Assembly (NCBI GenBank): GCA_047495785.1
Contig: JBLDXI010000015.1
Location: 3,472,001-3,536,000, forward strand
Reading direction: 5' to 3'
Source: Lepidodermella squamata
Taxonomy: Eukaryota; Animalia; Gastrotricha
DNA length: 64,000 nt
A model generated the notes under the pieces. That model was not told where the DNA came from and made no database searches. It saw only the letters and a list, made by a program, of their open reading frames with translations. Made by a program: the position numbers and the translations under genes. Positions 1 through 12,200 of this stretch are shown here, in pieces. The first letter of the stretch is position 1. The number at the start of each line of letters is the position of its first letter.

Positions 1-1310
1 CATCGCGCACACGCAAACAGAAAGTTCATCCGATTTTTATTCTATAATAAAGACATTTTTAAGAATATAATCAGCTAGTATATAAATTCCAATTATAACA
101 GCGCCTCTTTTGGTGCAAAGAAGAATATAGTGATACCTAAATATAATGTTATGTTCAAGTTCGTTTCAAATTTCCACAGCCAAAAAATCAATTATATATA
201 TCCCTGCTTAATACGAGAGTCATTATTACAGGTTGCAAAAACCACGGAGCAACTTTTACGATGTAGTCGTCTAGCGTGAATTCAGTATGTCAATCGGCAC
301 ACCATAATGATTATAATAATTAGCGTTGGATCAAACTGGGTAGCATAAATTTGTATGTTTGTGTATCAATTATTTTTTTCATCTCTCTGTACACACCGTC
401 TCACATGTGTTATTAGAGATTTGAGCCTCAGAAAATCAGGTTGGTACGTGCAATAATTTACTAGAACACCAATGTTGTTTTTTTACGCAATTTTTGTTGC
501 AAATAAATCAGCGCATAGTTTAAGAAACACTCATAACGTAGCAGCGTTATTCCTTGTTCGATTATTCACGTTATTTGTTTTTACAATCAGCAAGATTAGT
601 ATAATAATTAGTCAAAATAAAAAGACAGCATAGTGAATAATATTATATGAAGGACTGTAGTACAATTGTTGGTAGTTTTTCGCAATCAATCGATCGATCA
701 AATCAGTAGTGATATAGCCGGGAAACTGCAAAGAAAAGCTCGCACTGGGCATCTTTCAAAAAGTGATTGCCACATTCAAGATTCTAAATAGTAATGACAA
801 TAATAATAATAATAACCGTTTTCGGAATTTTTTAGCTAGCCGGACAAAAATTGGAATCATTTTTTTCAACTTTACAAACACACAACAGCGCGATCAACTT
901 CGTCGTCGTCTCAAGAAAGCGAGTAGGTATAAACAAAATTGTATTGCAGCTTTGTTACGAGTTTTCTTCATCATGGTTATAGATATATAATTTTTTTTAG
1001 TAATTTCAACCCCACGAGTAGTAAGACAGCCCTGGTAGAGGAGGATAACCCCATTTTCTAAGATAGCAGCGAAATTCATTTTTACGATAAGAAACGCAGT
1101 TTGGACGGTAGAAATGAACAACGCCTACTATTATATAACGGAAACACGTAATTCTCTGATTGATAAATGTATAAGATATATAACGCATTTATTTATAACA
1201 ACGTCCAATCTCTAGCCAGAAGAATGCATGCAGCCAATTTGACGTGACACACGGACGAGAAATTAAGTTGAATTTTGTGTTGTAGAAGACAAGAAATCGC
1301 CACCACCTGT

Positions 1311-2286
1311 TCAGCAGCACTTCTTAGCCGGCTGCTGTTGCTCGGTCGGGGCGACGGGAATCGTGGGCAACTGCCGACTTTGGTCTTCTTCTCGGCCGTT
1401 AGCCACTTGCCTTTGACCCATGTGCCGGAAAATTTCTAAAAAAAATTAAAAAAAAAACTTTTAAAATACCGCCTTAATATAACGAAATATCTTTTAGCAG
1501 AGCCAAATTTAACGAGTTTGCACCGAACGAAAATTTTGGCAAATTTTTTCAATTCATTCTGGAAATGAATCCTGCAGATCGCGGAGATTTTACGGTCAAT
1601 AATTTCGATTTTTTCAATTTATCGTTAAATTCCAAAAATTATAAAAATTCATTGAAAAAAGAGCGAATTTGAGCCGGAATTGGGTTTCACTAAAGGCAAG
1701 ACGTGTAAAATAATTGTGAATAGTTTGCCTGTTAGAATATTGTGGAAAGCAGTTTCAACGTTTGTTGCATCGAGAGCGGACGTTTCGATGAATGAAAGGC
1801 CATTTTTCTCGGAGAATTGACGAGCCTCCTCGGTAGGAACGGCGCGCAGGTGCTTTAGATCAGATTTGTTGCCGACCAGCATGATGACGATGTTGGGATC
1901 GGCGTGGTCGCGCAACTCCCGCAGCCATCGCTCGCAGTTGTCGAAGGTGATGTGCTTAGCAATATCGTATACTAGGAGGGCGCCGACAGCACCACGGTAG
2001 TAGGCATTCGTGATAGCCCGGTAACGCTCCTGACCGGCCGTATCCCAAATTTGAGCTTTGATTGTTTTCGCCTCGACTTGGACGCTTCGAGTCGCGAATT
2101 CGACACCTATCGTCGTTTTACTCTCGAGGTTAAACTCGTTTCGAGTGAAGCGAGATAGCAGGTTAGACTTTCCGACACCAGAGTCTCCGATTAGCACAAC
2201 TAAAATTCGCAAATAAATTAGCAACAATACAACTAGTAAAATTAGCACTCACTCTTGAATAGATAGTCATACTCGTCCGATGGCAT
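1311..2286 (-). CDS. RAB11: Rab11 small GTPase, 3 exons: 2286-2253, 2199-1729, 1435-1311 (209 aa)
   Basis: Spliced translation [39 protein letters not shown]...IGVEFAT...[13 protein letters not shown]...NKSDL...ETSAL...NILTEIFRHM...AKKCC* (C-terminal CC prenylation). Exon lengths 34+471+125=630 nt keep frame. Intron 2 has a GC donor. Confidence 0.97.
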
Positions 2287-2378
2287 TATAGGGATAGATT
2301 ATGCACAGGAAACACAACTTCAGTATAAAACCAACAAATTAGGTTGTCTACCTATGGAAAGAAATTAAACATCTGTAA

Positions 2379-3143
2379 TCAAAATTCTTGAGCAAATTTA
2401 AATTTAAAATCGAAGTATGTTCTCTCTCGATTTCCGGCCGGCGGTAAACTCGGATCAAACTTCGAAGCATTCGAATTCTGATTAGGCCGCATATTCAAAG
2501 GTGCATCCGGCAAGTCGGAATAATCCGCAATTCTAGCGAAATTCTTTCTATGCTTTACAACTTTTGGCTTTGGCGCCTCGGGTTTTGGGAAATCGGCAAC
2601 AATGGAGGCAAAAAGCCCTTTCGGTTTTTCAACCTCGGCCGTTTCAGTTGGAGCAGCCAGCTCGGTAGTAGTTATTTTATCATCAACGCGAGATTTTGGT
2701 AATATAGGACCATTATTCGGGATGTTTTTCGACTTTTTGAGATGCTTCCAAGCGTCCTTCACTTTCGCATCGTGACCATCCATTTCATCCGTACTCCGAG
2801 GATTCCATTTCGATTTCAGGAGTTTTGCAGCACCTGATGGACTGATCGGAAAATGCTGCGATATCACTTCTGGAGTCCAAACTTCAGGACTCTTCGCATG
2901 AAGAAATTTAATCTGCTCCTTAGCCGACCAGCTGAGAAGATTCGTCTCGACGGGTTTTCGAAAGTGCTTCTTTTCGACAGTTTTCATTTTCGTGACAAAG
3001 GATTGGGCTTTCGTAACTTCAGCAGGAACAGGTTTCAAACTTTCCTGGTAGATGTCCTCAATATCATTCGAGTTCGCGTCGATAGCTCTAGCAATTGAAG
3101 AAATTCTCAATTCACGACGAGCCAACTTAATAATTTTTAACAT
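2379..3143 (-). CDS. NGRN: Neugrin (mitochondrial 16S rRNA/mitoribosome assembly factor), intronless, 254 aa
   Basis: Basic presequence-like N-terminus (MLKIIKLARRELRISSIARA) and neugrin core LLSWSAKEQIKFLH...PEVWTPEVISQHFPISPSGAAKLLKSKWNP. Confidence 0.85.
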   Translation of the reverse strand: MLKIIKLARRELRISSIARAIDANSNDIEDIYQESLKPVPAEVTKAQSFVTKMKTVEKKHFRKPVETNLLSWSAKEQIKFLHAKSPEVWTPEVISQHFPISPSGAAKLLKSKWNPRSTDEMDGHDAKVKDAWKHLKKSKNIPNNGPILPKSRVDDKITTTELAAPTETAEVEKPKGLFASIVADFPKPEAPKPKVVKHRKNFARIADYSDLPDAPLNMRPNQNSNASKFDPSLPPAGNRERTYFDFKFKFAQEF

Positions 3144-3450
3144 TTTCTAAAATAAATAATATATAAAATCGTTAAAATTAGTCCTTTTAATTGGTACAAA
3201 TCCATACGACGAAAAGCAAATATCTTCATATTCACAACATATAAAAATGCGTTTGTTTCAACCGGAACGATAAGACACATAACACACCCAAATACGACCG
3301 ATGTTATAGTGTAACAGTAGGGAAGCATGGCTTTACTCAAGACTAGCGCGATCATGATTACATATTCCAGATTCCGTGTTCCCGGCAAAAATAAAATAAA
3401 ATAATATTGATCTTTTTTTCTCTCAGTGAAACAACTACTAGGTAACAAAA

Positions 3451-5352
3451 TCACATGCCGTCGAAGTGGAAATGCTGGGCTTCTTCCTCTTTCTCCTTCT
3501 TCTCAATACGCTTGTCACGGATATGCAGACCGCCGAGCATTATGAGGCTGATGAATGTTAGAATGCCGAGCATGATCATCACCGCAATCATAAACCAGTT
3601 TAGAAGGAGGAATGACTTGACAGCCCACGTTAATGGGTCGTGGTCCTTCTCAGCAATAAGGACCAGTTGCGAGTTGGGTATCACCAAGGTGTGTTTGAAG
3701 CTGCCGGCGCTAACGTTACCCGAGGTCATTTGCACGGCTAGTTCGTCGATAAACGGCGGCAGCTGACCAAGGCCCATCACGGCGTAAGGCAGTCCGAGGG
3801 CCATGTGAGAACTTCGTGGTGATAGCACAGCTTTTGCTGTGCTTGAACCGTAGGATATGCGAATCATTGTTCCAGGTAGAACAGCTGCGCTCATTTCTTC
3901 GACTTGTGGGTTGACAGATACTGAAACTTTAAGAAACGCCATGTCAGCCCCAGTTTTGATTTCAAAAGCTCCCATTTGAATTGAATTAGGGCTTGAGAAG
4001 TTGAAGAAAGTAGCAAGGACAGCCAAACGAGCATCGGGCGACACGTCAATGAACGTTGCAACGGCAGGAACGAGGAACTGGTCTTTCTTCTCCAGCAAGT
4101 CAATCATTTCAAAGCAACGATGAGTGCTATTGCAATTCGAGTTTCTAAACAACGCAATCAGGGGCAGTGAGAAGTCGCCGCTTTCTTTCTTCACAGAGAC
4201 GACGCCGACAAGATCCGTGAACCCATCGAGGTCAAAATCACCTGAGCGAACTGATGGATATGGAATAATACCAGAACTGCCATCGCCGTCCTTCGGAAAG
4301 ATCCATGCGAATTCAGTTATAGTTACTGGCAGCTTGACAGTAACATCCTCCCATGACTGAGATGTATTAAATGAGAGTCTCTTCAGCTTAGCCGAGCCGC
4401 AATAATTGAACAGGGTAGTTTTCGACGGGGTGAATGTTTCACAGGTGGGATACAGAATTTGCAGTTGACTAGAAGGATTTTCAATCGAAAGTACATGAGG
4501 CAGTCCTGTATACTTGGAACCCAATGAAGGAAGACTTTGATCTGCTTTCTTGAATTTTCCAGCATTATTAACGTAAACCGATTCACCAATGAGAAGATCT
4601 ACATACATGTCTGCGTCAACGGAAGCAAATAAGGACGGTAGCGGGTTGTTCGTCTGCCAATTTATGGGGCCATCGATGTATTTATCAACTTTATCCTCTT
4701 GCAAAGAAGAAACGGCAGATACCATTAGCACTCCAAGGAAGAGGCGGAATTGCCCATTGCTTCGGTCTCTTACAATTATGTCTGGAATCCAATCTCCGTT
4801 GGCATCTAACAAAATAGGCTGCTCGGAAATGGACAAAGCATCAAGGCCCTCTTCCTTTCCTTTCTCCAAAACGAGAAATCTACCACGAGTGCACTTGATC
4901 GAAGTGTCTGGACAGCCTAATAAATTACCCTGTGTGCCCTGAGTACCGTTACAGCTGCAGTAATAAATGTGTAGCGACAGCGCTTGGTTTTCATCCACAA
5001 CAACGACCAGGTCAATGTTATTATCCGCATTGAAGTCACCTGGTATCACACTCTTGATGATACCCTTAGTTTCTTTAACGGGTACTAGAAAGCCTGAAGG
5101 TTGAAGTCGTTCGTATTGAGTGTAACCAAAAGACTTCATCAAGATGACACCAACTGACTGCCTTGTCTTATCAAAAACTATCACATCGGTTGACTTGTCG
5201 CCGTTGAAATCTGTGATGGCTGCTAGCATCCAATCGTTTACATGCGACCCAAATACAATTGTGCTCAAGTCAGCGGTTTTCAGCGCAGAGCCAGAACATT
5301 GCTCCGCCAGAATAAAAGCTATCAAGAGCCTGATAACTGCATGATAGAACAT
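3451..5352 (-). CDS. ITFG1: ITFG1/LINKIN (T-cell immunomodulatory protein) type I membrane protein, intronless, 633 aa
   Basis: Signal peptide, FG-GAP/VCBS repeats (DFNGDKSTD, GDFNADNNID, DANGDWIPD, GDFDLDGFTD), LPYAVMGLG, VIPNSQLVLI, one TM helix and the diagnostic C-terminus EEAQHFHFDGM. Confidence 0.93.
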   Translation of the reverse strand: MFYHAVIRLLIAFILAEQCSGSALKTADLSTIVFGSHVNDWMLAAITDFNGDKSTDVIVFDKTRQSVGVILMKSFGYTQYERLQPSGFLVPVKETKGIIKSVIPGDFNADNNIDLVVVVDENQALSLHIYYCSCNGTQGTQGNLLGCPDTSIKCTRGRFLVLEKGKEEGLDALSISEQPILLDANGDWIPDIIVRDRSNGQFRLFLGVLMVSAVSSLQEDKVDKYIDGPINWQTNNPLPSLFASVDADMYVDLLIGESVYVNNAGKFKKADQSLPSLGSKYTGLPHVLSIENPSSQLQILYPTCETFTPSKTTLFNYCGSAKLKRLSFNTSQSWEDVTVKLPVTITEFAWIFPKDGDGSSGIIPYPSVRSGDFDLDGFTDLVGVVSVKKESGDFSLPLIALFRNSNCNSTHRCFEMIDLLEKKDQFLVPAVATFIDVSPDARLAVLATFFNFSSPNSIQMGAFEIKTGADMAFLKVSVSVNPQVEEMSAAVLPGTMIRISYGSSTAKAVLSPRSSHMALGLPYAVMGLGQLPPFIDELAVQMTSGNVSAGSFKHTLVIPNSQLVLIAEKDHDPLTWAVKSFLLLNWFMIAVMIMLGILTFISLIMLGGLHIRDKRIEKKEKEEEAQHFHFDGM

Positions 5353-6251
5353 CTAAAAAGCGAATTCAAGTATAATTTAGCGAGTAACTCAAAACAAGAG
5401 CCAGGTAACATTAAAAAGCCGACCATCCACGAGGGCGAGGAACAGGACACTTGATCAACAAGAAACTAGTTAGACCTATCTAACAATGCGAGGGACGAGG
5501 GAATATAATGAATAATGAAAAAACAGGGCTAACGGTTGAAAAGCGAACTAATCTCCAATCGGAAAGGTGAAAACATAGAGAGCAAGTTACAAGTTTTTGG
5601 TGAGAGCGAAGCCACCGTATTTATTTTATTCTATATTTCTTACAAGGGAGCGACCAGCAAGCACCATAATTCGCAGGCCTTTAGGACTGCGTCTTATCTC
5701 AGCGTCCAGTGCGTCGACAGACGAGATCATCGTTCGCAGCGGCTCAGAGGTCGGTTAGTTTAACACTGTCATCCCCGAAAAATCTCACCCTTCGACATAC
5801 TTTCTTGCGAATCGTAAAAAAATTTCCCAGTGTGATTACACCTCGAAAACATTTAGGACAAAATATTTCATTTAACTAATAATACTATTGTAAAAAAATT
5901 CGAAAACTGCGTTTACGCGGTAACTTTTTCTTTTGATATCCTACCGAATCTCGCAGAGCCCGCTAACAAGAGTGACGCAAGTTTGCCGCTAAGGCGGCCG
6001 CACCTTTTGAAGCAGCATGTGCATTTTGCGTAGATAGTTGCCCCGTCATCCCACGCTACAATCTAAGTTATGATTTCGAGCTGTAATCTGCCCGAATTTT
6101 TCTTAGAAATTCTTTGATTCAGCCTGGTGTCAGCTGAACGCTTTTTTTACGATGCAAGGAGACCTTTATTATAGGTTCCTCGAGCTATCTACTTGTGCTC
6201 TTTGTGTCCAGTTTGACAGCCCTTGTCGTAAAACTTGCAATTGTTGTTTAG
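5353..6251. promoter_or_regulatory. Divergent (head-to-head) intergenic region between ITFG1 and VPS13D
   Basis: The two ATGs point away from each other about 900 bp apart. Both are immediately preceded by pyrimidine tract + AG (ctttttag|ATG and ttgtttag|ATG). Promoter function is inferred. Confidence 0.5.
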
Positions 6252-9200
6252 ATGTTGAGTGGCTTTGTGAAGTGGGCCGTTAAAAGCTACTTTGACGAAC
6301 TTCTCGAGGATGTAGATTGCAATCAGCTGTCGCTTGGTCTCCTTCGAGGTACGTTCAACAACTTTCTAGCAGATGTAATTAATAATTTCAACTCGGTTCC
6401 TCAGGCCATGTCGAGTTAACAGATTTAACAATATGCAAGAAAGGTCGATTGTTATCGAAGCTATTTCCAATATTTATTGAATCTGGTAAGAGCTGGCTAA
6501 CTCGAGACTTTCCGTATGTCAATATTCTTTTCATTTAGGTCATGTTGATTCCTTAACGCTGAAAGCCCCTCTAAAACTATTTGGAGACGAGTCTTGGTTT
6601 CTATCCCTCAACAATGTATCAATAGATTGTTGTTCCAGGCCTCTTCAGAATGAATATGTTAGTGAAACCTTTCATTGGTTTACTCAACAATTCAGCGTTA
6701 CTCGTTTTTTGCAGGAATTACTCCAGAACCACAGAAAAGAAGCGCTTTCTCGAAAGTTCAGCGAGCTTGCTCGATTGGAAGATAGCTGGAAAGTAGAGTC
6801 TCTCGGCCATGCCAAAATTCCATGGGCTGAGCTGGCGACTTCACTGGTTTTTCAGATTTTGCGAAATATTTCAGTATATTTTGGAAATCGTAACTTTGCG
6901 GAAAGCTTGAGGAATTACTGATTTTCTAGGTGACAATTGACGTATTCAAATGCAAAATATCTATCGACAACGACTCATCGCTAGTGATAGAAGCCGATTT
7001 GGTGAAAGTTGAGCAAGACGTCTCGGTCGCCCCTCGATGCGCTAAGAACGTGCGAATCTCTGGATTGCAAATTTCGTTGTTGGAAACTAGTAATCGTGTA
7101 ATTCTTTGCGGCCCGGTAGATTTTAGTGGTAGCGCTGATATCACATCCGACGAAGAATCGCCCCTTAATTTTGACTTCAAGTTGGATAACCCCGTTCGCC
7201 TCAGTGTTCCTCCTAAGGCGTGTGAAGGTATTAGCTTGTTCGATTATTTATTTTTTACTATGCGGTATTTTCTTCTTGACAGTAATATCCTGCTTCATGA
7301 AAGATGTAGCTGCCTTGTCGGAAATCTTTAGGCTGCGGGACGATGCACTATTGAGCCCTGTAACTTCAAAGTAATACTCCACATCTCACTTGATATGTAT
7401 ACGTTAAGTGTATTCATATTGATAGCGCGAAATTATGGTGGAGACATGCGTTGTGGCTTGTGAGTTCCAAGCAACGTCGTTTCAGCCGGCTCCGGTTTCA
7501 GAAAAGACTTCGCCAGGCGGCAATATACTCAAAAGCCTATTACCAATGGCTAAAGTTTGAGTATGTCGAGATTGCTTTAAAGAAAACTCGCGAAGAAGTA
7601 GAGATTACTTGGCCCTCTGACTTACTCATCAACCTGCGGCAGATTGTTTTACATCGCTTTTTATCGGATACAAAGCGGTTAAGCGAGAGAGATTCGATCG
7701 TTGTAAGCCAGAAATCACTGGATCAACCTTCTTCACGCTCGGCTTCTCAAGGATGGTTGCGATCAATGTCTTCTTGGGTCGGATTAGGTCGAAGTAATTC
7801 CCAACCTGATTTGCTGCTCGACCAGGCTGATTTATTACCCAGTGATACACCACCTGTTGCTGAAGAGGCGAAAAAGTTGAAAGGGAAACCAATATCAATT
7901 ACTGGATTCATTGAAGCGCTCTCATTTAATTTTGGCGTGAAAGAAGAAGTGGAATTTCAGATGCAATCGCTAGCGTTTAAAAGCGAACCCGGAAATACTA
8001 ATTTTTTAATAAGTTCTATCAACGTTATTGCTAATGAAGCACAGCTAGCAAGCGTCGGAAATGGTGAAAACAAGTCACTCTGTGTTGAAATTTCGAAAGA
8101 AGAGGCTGCAACGCAGATCGACGTTAAAGTTCACGGGCCTTCCGTAACGATTAGTCCCAAGTTTATGTCGTCCGTGTTTGACACCGTTGGTGCTTATAAT
8201 TTTGAAAAAATTGGCGAGATATCCTCGGCTTTCAACCACATAGCTTCGAAAAGCAAAAGCGAATCGGTTAAAACAGCACATACTGCTTACTTATTGGAAA
8301 TTGCGAGTCCTTCGATTCAATTCGATGCAACTGAGCGATCCGAGGTTGTTTTGACCTCCAATAACTTGATATTGCGGTCAGATGATCCGCAAGAAGAGGA
8401 TACCTCTAAATTTCAGATATCATTGGACCAATTAAATCTGAAATCGAGCAAAGGATTGGAAATACTTCACATGAACAGCATGAACTGTAATTCTTCAAAT
8501 TCGCTATCGAGTACGGTGTTCGATGTAAAGCTGGCAAATAACAGTCTTTCAGTATGTTCGCAACTAGCTGAAGTGGCCTTCGATTGCGCAGAAGCGGCTA
8601 AATCAATTGTGACTTTGGCAAAATCAGTTAAACTTCCAACTAAAACACCACAATCAAAGCCGTCCAAGGCATTTTGTATCAATGTTAATCTTCCAGATAC
8701 CACACTTTCCTTAGCCGACACATCTGGCATTGGAATTGTTGATTTTCAGCTTACTAACATTGATTTTGTCGCGGATTTGAGTTCGTCAAGAACTGAATTT
8801 GCCATCGGAGGCGTTGAGCTCGGCCAACCGAGCCTTGAATCGTTGAAAGATGTTGCATTAAAAGGCTCATCGAATGGCGAGGAGACTTCATTTTTCTCTT
8901 TCGAAGCTGATTTTACCGAAAACGAGGGCGTGGAGAACAAGGTTTTAAGTATAACCGTCGCTGATATTGAGCTTCGATTGAATCCTCAGTTTTTACGAAT
9001 CTTCACCGAGTATATGCAACAAATGCTGGAAAAAATCCCGCACATGCCCAAGTCGAGTCAAAAAGAGCCATCTTCTTCGTCCCCGTTCGAGTTTGTTGCT
9101 TCTCTGGCTAGTTTCGATATGATTTTGCTATCGAACCAAAATGCCCCACAAGCGACAAGATTGCTTGTTAAGGACTTTCAAGCGCTTCGCTCGCAATCTT

Positions 9201-12200
9201 CAGTTCTGGAAGTTGCCTTCGATTTTATCAACGTGAAATTTGAGGACGAAAAGCCTCGCTCGCTAATCAAATCTTACTCAGACCCTGATAGCTGTTTCCG
9301 CCTTAAATTTGATCCAGCCGAAAGTTCGCTATCCATCGCAACTGTTTGCTTGGACGTGTTTTTGGATCCAAATGCGTTAATTTGGCTGGCATCCAATTAT
9401 ATGGACAGCTTTTTGCAATCTAAACCAACCAAGCTGAAAGATGAATCGGAAAAATCGAGTGAAATTACCGGTGGGAAAATTAAAGGAATCGTATTTTCGT
9501 CCGAAAAAACTCGATTATGCCTCGATGGCGATCTTGAAATTTCAATCGGAGGAATTGGTCACAAAATTGGTGAACATGTTGATTTTTCAAACTTGACGGC
9601 GAAAAAGACATCAACATCGCTGTTATTGTTAAGCATCGCTAATTTCGCGATATCATCTTCAAAACACGAGGAAGATGCTCAGATTGTTTCTTTGATTAAA
9701 ATCTCCAGTGATCGAGTTATTAGACTGTCATGGAGTGTTTTGACCGAAAACTTGATCAAGGAAGTAATATCGGTTTACTCGAAAATGAGCGATGAAATCG
9801 GGAAGATTAGCGGCAGAACTGAACGAGCCGAAATTAAAAAATCATCACCCCGTTTAGAGGTCGAAATCAGCTCGAGATCATTCGACATCGCGATTTTGGA
9901 CCCGTTTGAACCAAAACGCGAAATCGTGCACTGTTTACTGCAAACGCCCATCGTTAAATTCGTGAAACCCTGCGAAAATGATTCAAATATTGAATGGGAA
10001 CTGGCGGTAAATGCGAATATAGTTCGTTTAGCGGACTGCATGTTCGATGTTGTTTTATTCGAATGTACTTCCGGCTCTGAGAAGGCCGGATCTCGCTCGA
10101 GTAGTTTGCCACTCTCCTCGTCATACCCAGGCGTATCAGCCGGGTCTTCGTTCACTGTGAACACGAATTACCTATTAAGGCCACTACCGCCTGTTCCAGA
10201 TTTTTCTTCGAGTCATCTGGCGATAAACCCCTTATTCCGGCTAAACGTGACAAGTGAAAAAACGGCGAGTGGCGCTTGTCGTAGGGTGGTTCACGCCAGT
10301 GCTGAAAATGGCTGTTCGTTATCTTTGACCGAAAAATGCCTACCGACCCTGTTAGAGGCGGTCGGAGTTGGAGCGAAAATGTTCCCGGTCATAACAACCG
10401 CCGATCAATTCGGCCGGCCAATTCACCGGCTCGAGAAGGAAATCAAACCATCGCCTGATGTTTTCGAATTCACTTTCTCGGCAAATTCTGTTCATTGCCG
10501 GTTGATGACCGGCGAAACTTTGGCGACGTCCTTCGTCTCAGCCCATGCCTCGGACGGTGTGCAACTTTGCTTCTCCAGCGTAGCGAATGTTCATCGACTG
10601 GACGGCTCTTTCAGCGCTACATCGCTCCAACTTTTCGACGATTCGAAGGATTTCGGCTCGTTATATTCATGCCGAGCCCTAGCTTCGGGCCTCACGGTTG
10701 AATTTTCAAAGGCCGGCCTACCCGATTACGAATTAACGCTGTTTGACTACGAAGTTCTGGCGAAAGTTAACATTGAAACAGTGAGTTACGTTCACACGAA
10801 GCGAATTTTCGTGGCGATTCTCGATTTCGTCGACCATTTGATGCAACATCGCGAGGCGTTGGCGAAAAAAGTCGCTAATCTACTCAAAATTCCTTGCCAA
10901 GAACTGCCAGGCCATGGCGCTCGACTTGATCTACAACTTACCCTGAACAACCCGACAATTGTTGTTCCGATTAACTATTCATCCGAGAAATCTATGGTTA
11001 TTCGATTAACCGACCCAATTGTTGCGACGAGCGCGTTTGCTTGGCAGGGCGAAAAAGGCACGAATTTGTGCACAAATAGGACTAATTCGTCGATTCCGCA
11101 ATTGCACCCGAAATTGGTCGCCCTCAAGCTGCACGAGCCATCAGCTAGCGATGGCTCGTCGATTTACCCGTGTTTAATCAACATTTTACGCTTTGAAGTG
11201 ACTGGGGCGAGCATTTATGACGGGACTTGGCGGCAACCTTCAATGTACCCGGAGGAAGTTGACCCAAATATTGAGGTTCTCGATTTTCTCAATTACAACA
11301 TTGAGGTTCATCGCGATACTTCCTGGTCGCAAACGCCGATTTCGCTCCTAATTCACATGGAACGTAACCTGGACGGGAATTTGAGTCGAAATGCGCCGGA
11401 TCTAGCGGTCTCGGTGCTTTTCGATAGACTGAATCTCGACGTTTCACGCGAGCAAGCCACGCGAATTTTTGTCATTCTCGATAAAAATTTCGGCGAAGAT
11501 TTAGGTGGACCGCCGCCTCAAGCAGTTCCGGAAAATATGACGTCATGGAAAAATATCGAAGTGGTTCTTTACGCGCAAGCCTGCCGCGCTAATTTGTTTG
11601 ACGATAATCACGAAGAGTTGGTCGGGGTTCGCCTTGACCCGGCTGCGTTGTCATTTTCCCGCTTTTCGAACAACTCACGAACGATCGATTTTAAATGCCA
11701 CGAAGTATTTCTATCCGACATTCGAGCGAATAAGTTGACTAACTCCGCGCCATTCATGGCCTTTCCTGTACTTGGTAACCAGCCTGATTCGATGCAATTC
11801 GAACTGAATTATTCGGCTAATAATGACTTGGTTCGAATGGGGTTCATGTTATCCTACGTTCGCATCGTTGTTCTAGGCGATTTTTGGCAACAGGCTACGA
11901 AATTCGTGACTAGCATCATGCAAAATCAAGACAACAACCAGCCCCCAGCAGCGTCAGTCGACCAAGGCCATAAATCAGCAGTTTTCGCAGTAGGGGATGA
12001 TGTGGTGTCCAGGGCCCCGTTACCGCCGAATGTGGCGCAAAAGCGCTCTTCCTCGATCAGAGTCAGCCTTCATCGGTCGGAAATTTGCTACCTGCTACCT
12101 CAGAGCGGCGATTTTCGGGGTTTCCTAACTGAAGTCACTGCGATTTTAGTCATGAGCCCTACCCGCTCGTTAACGCTGAACATTCCTTCGTTCAAAACCA

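Noticed and set aside
1-1310. Short ORFs in the AT-rich first 1.3 kb and in 31100-32340
   Set aside because: Low-complexity (AAT)n-rich sequence consistent with the 3' UTRs of Rab11 and ERM; no coding signal.
1649-2248. ORF-track Rab11 with a hydrophobic N-terminus ([14 protein letters not shown]) and no prenylation motif
   Set aside because: Both ends are intron read-through; the spliced model gives canonical Rab11 termini.
5640-5810. GC-richer stretch between ITFG1 and VPS13D considered as a snoRNA, U3 or SL RNA gene
   Set aside because: No convincing box set, Sm site or stem; could equally be a 5' UTR exon (a GTAAGA donor on - near 5644), which also weakens the trans-splicing argument for ITFG1 itself.
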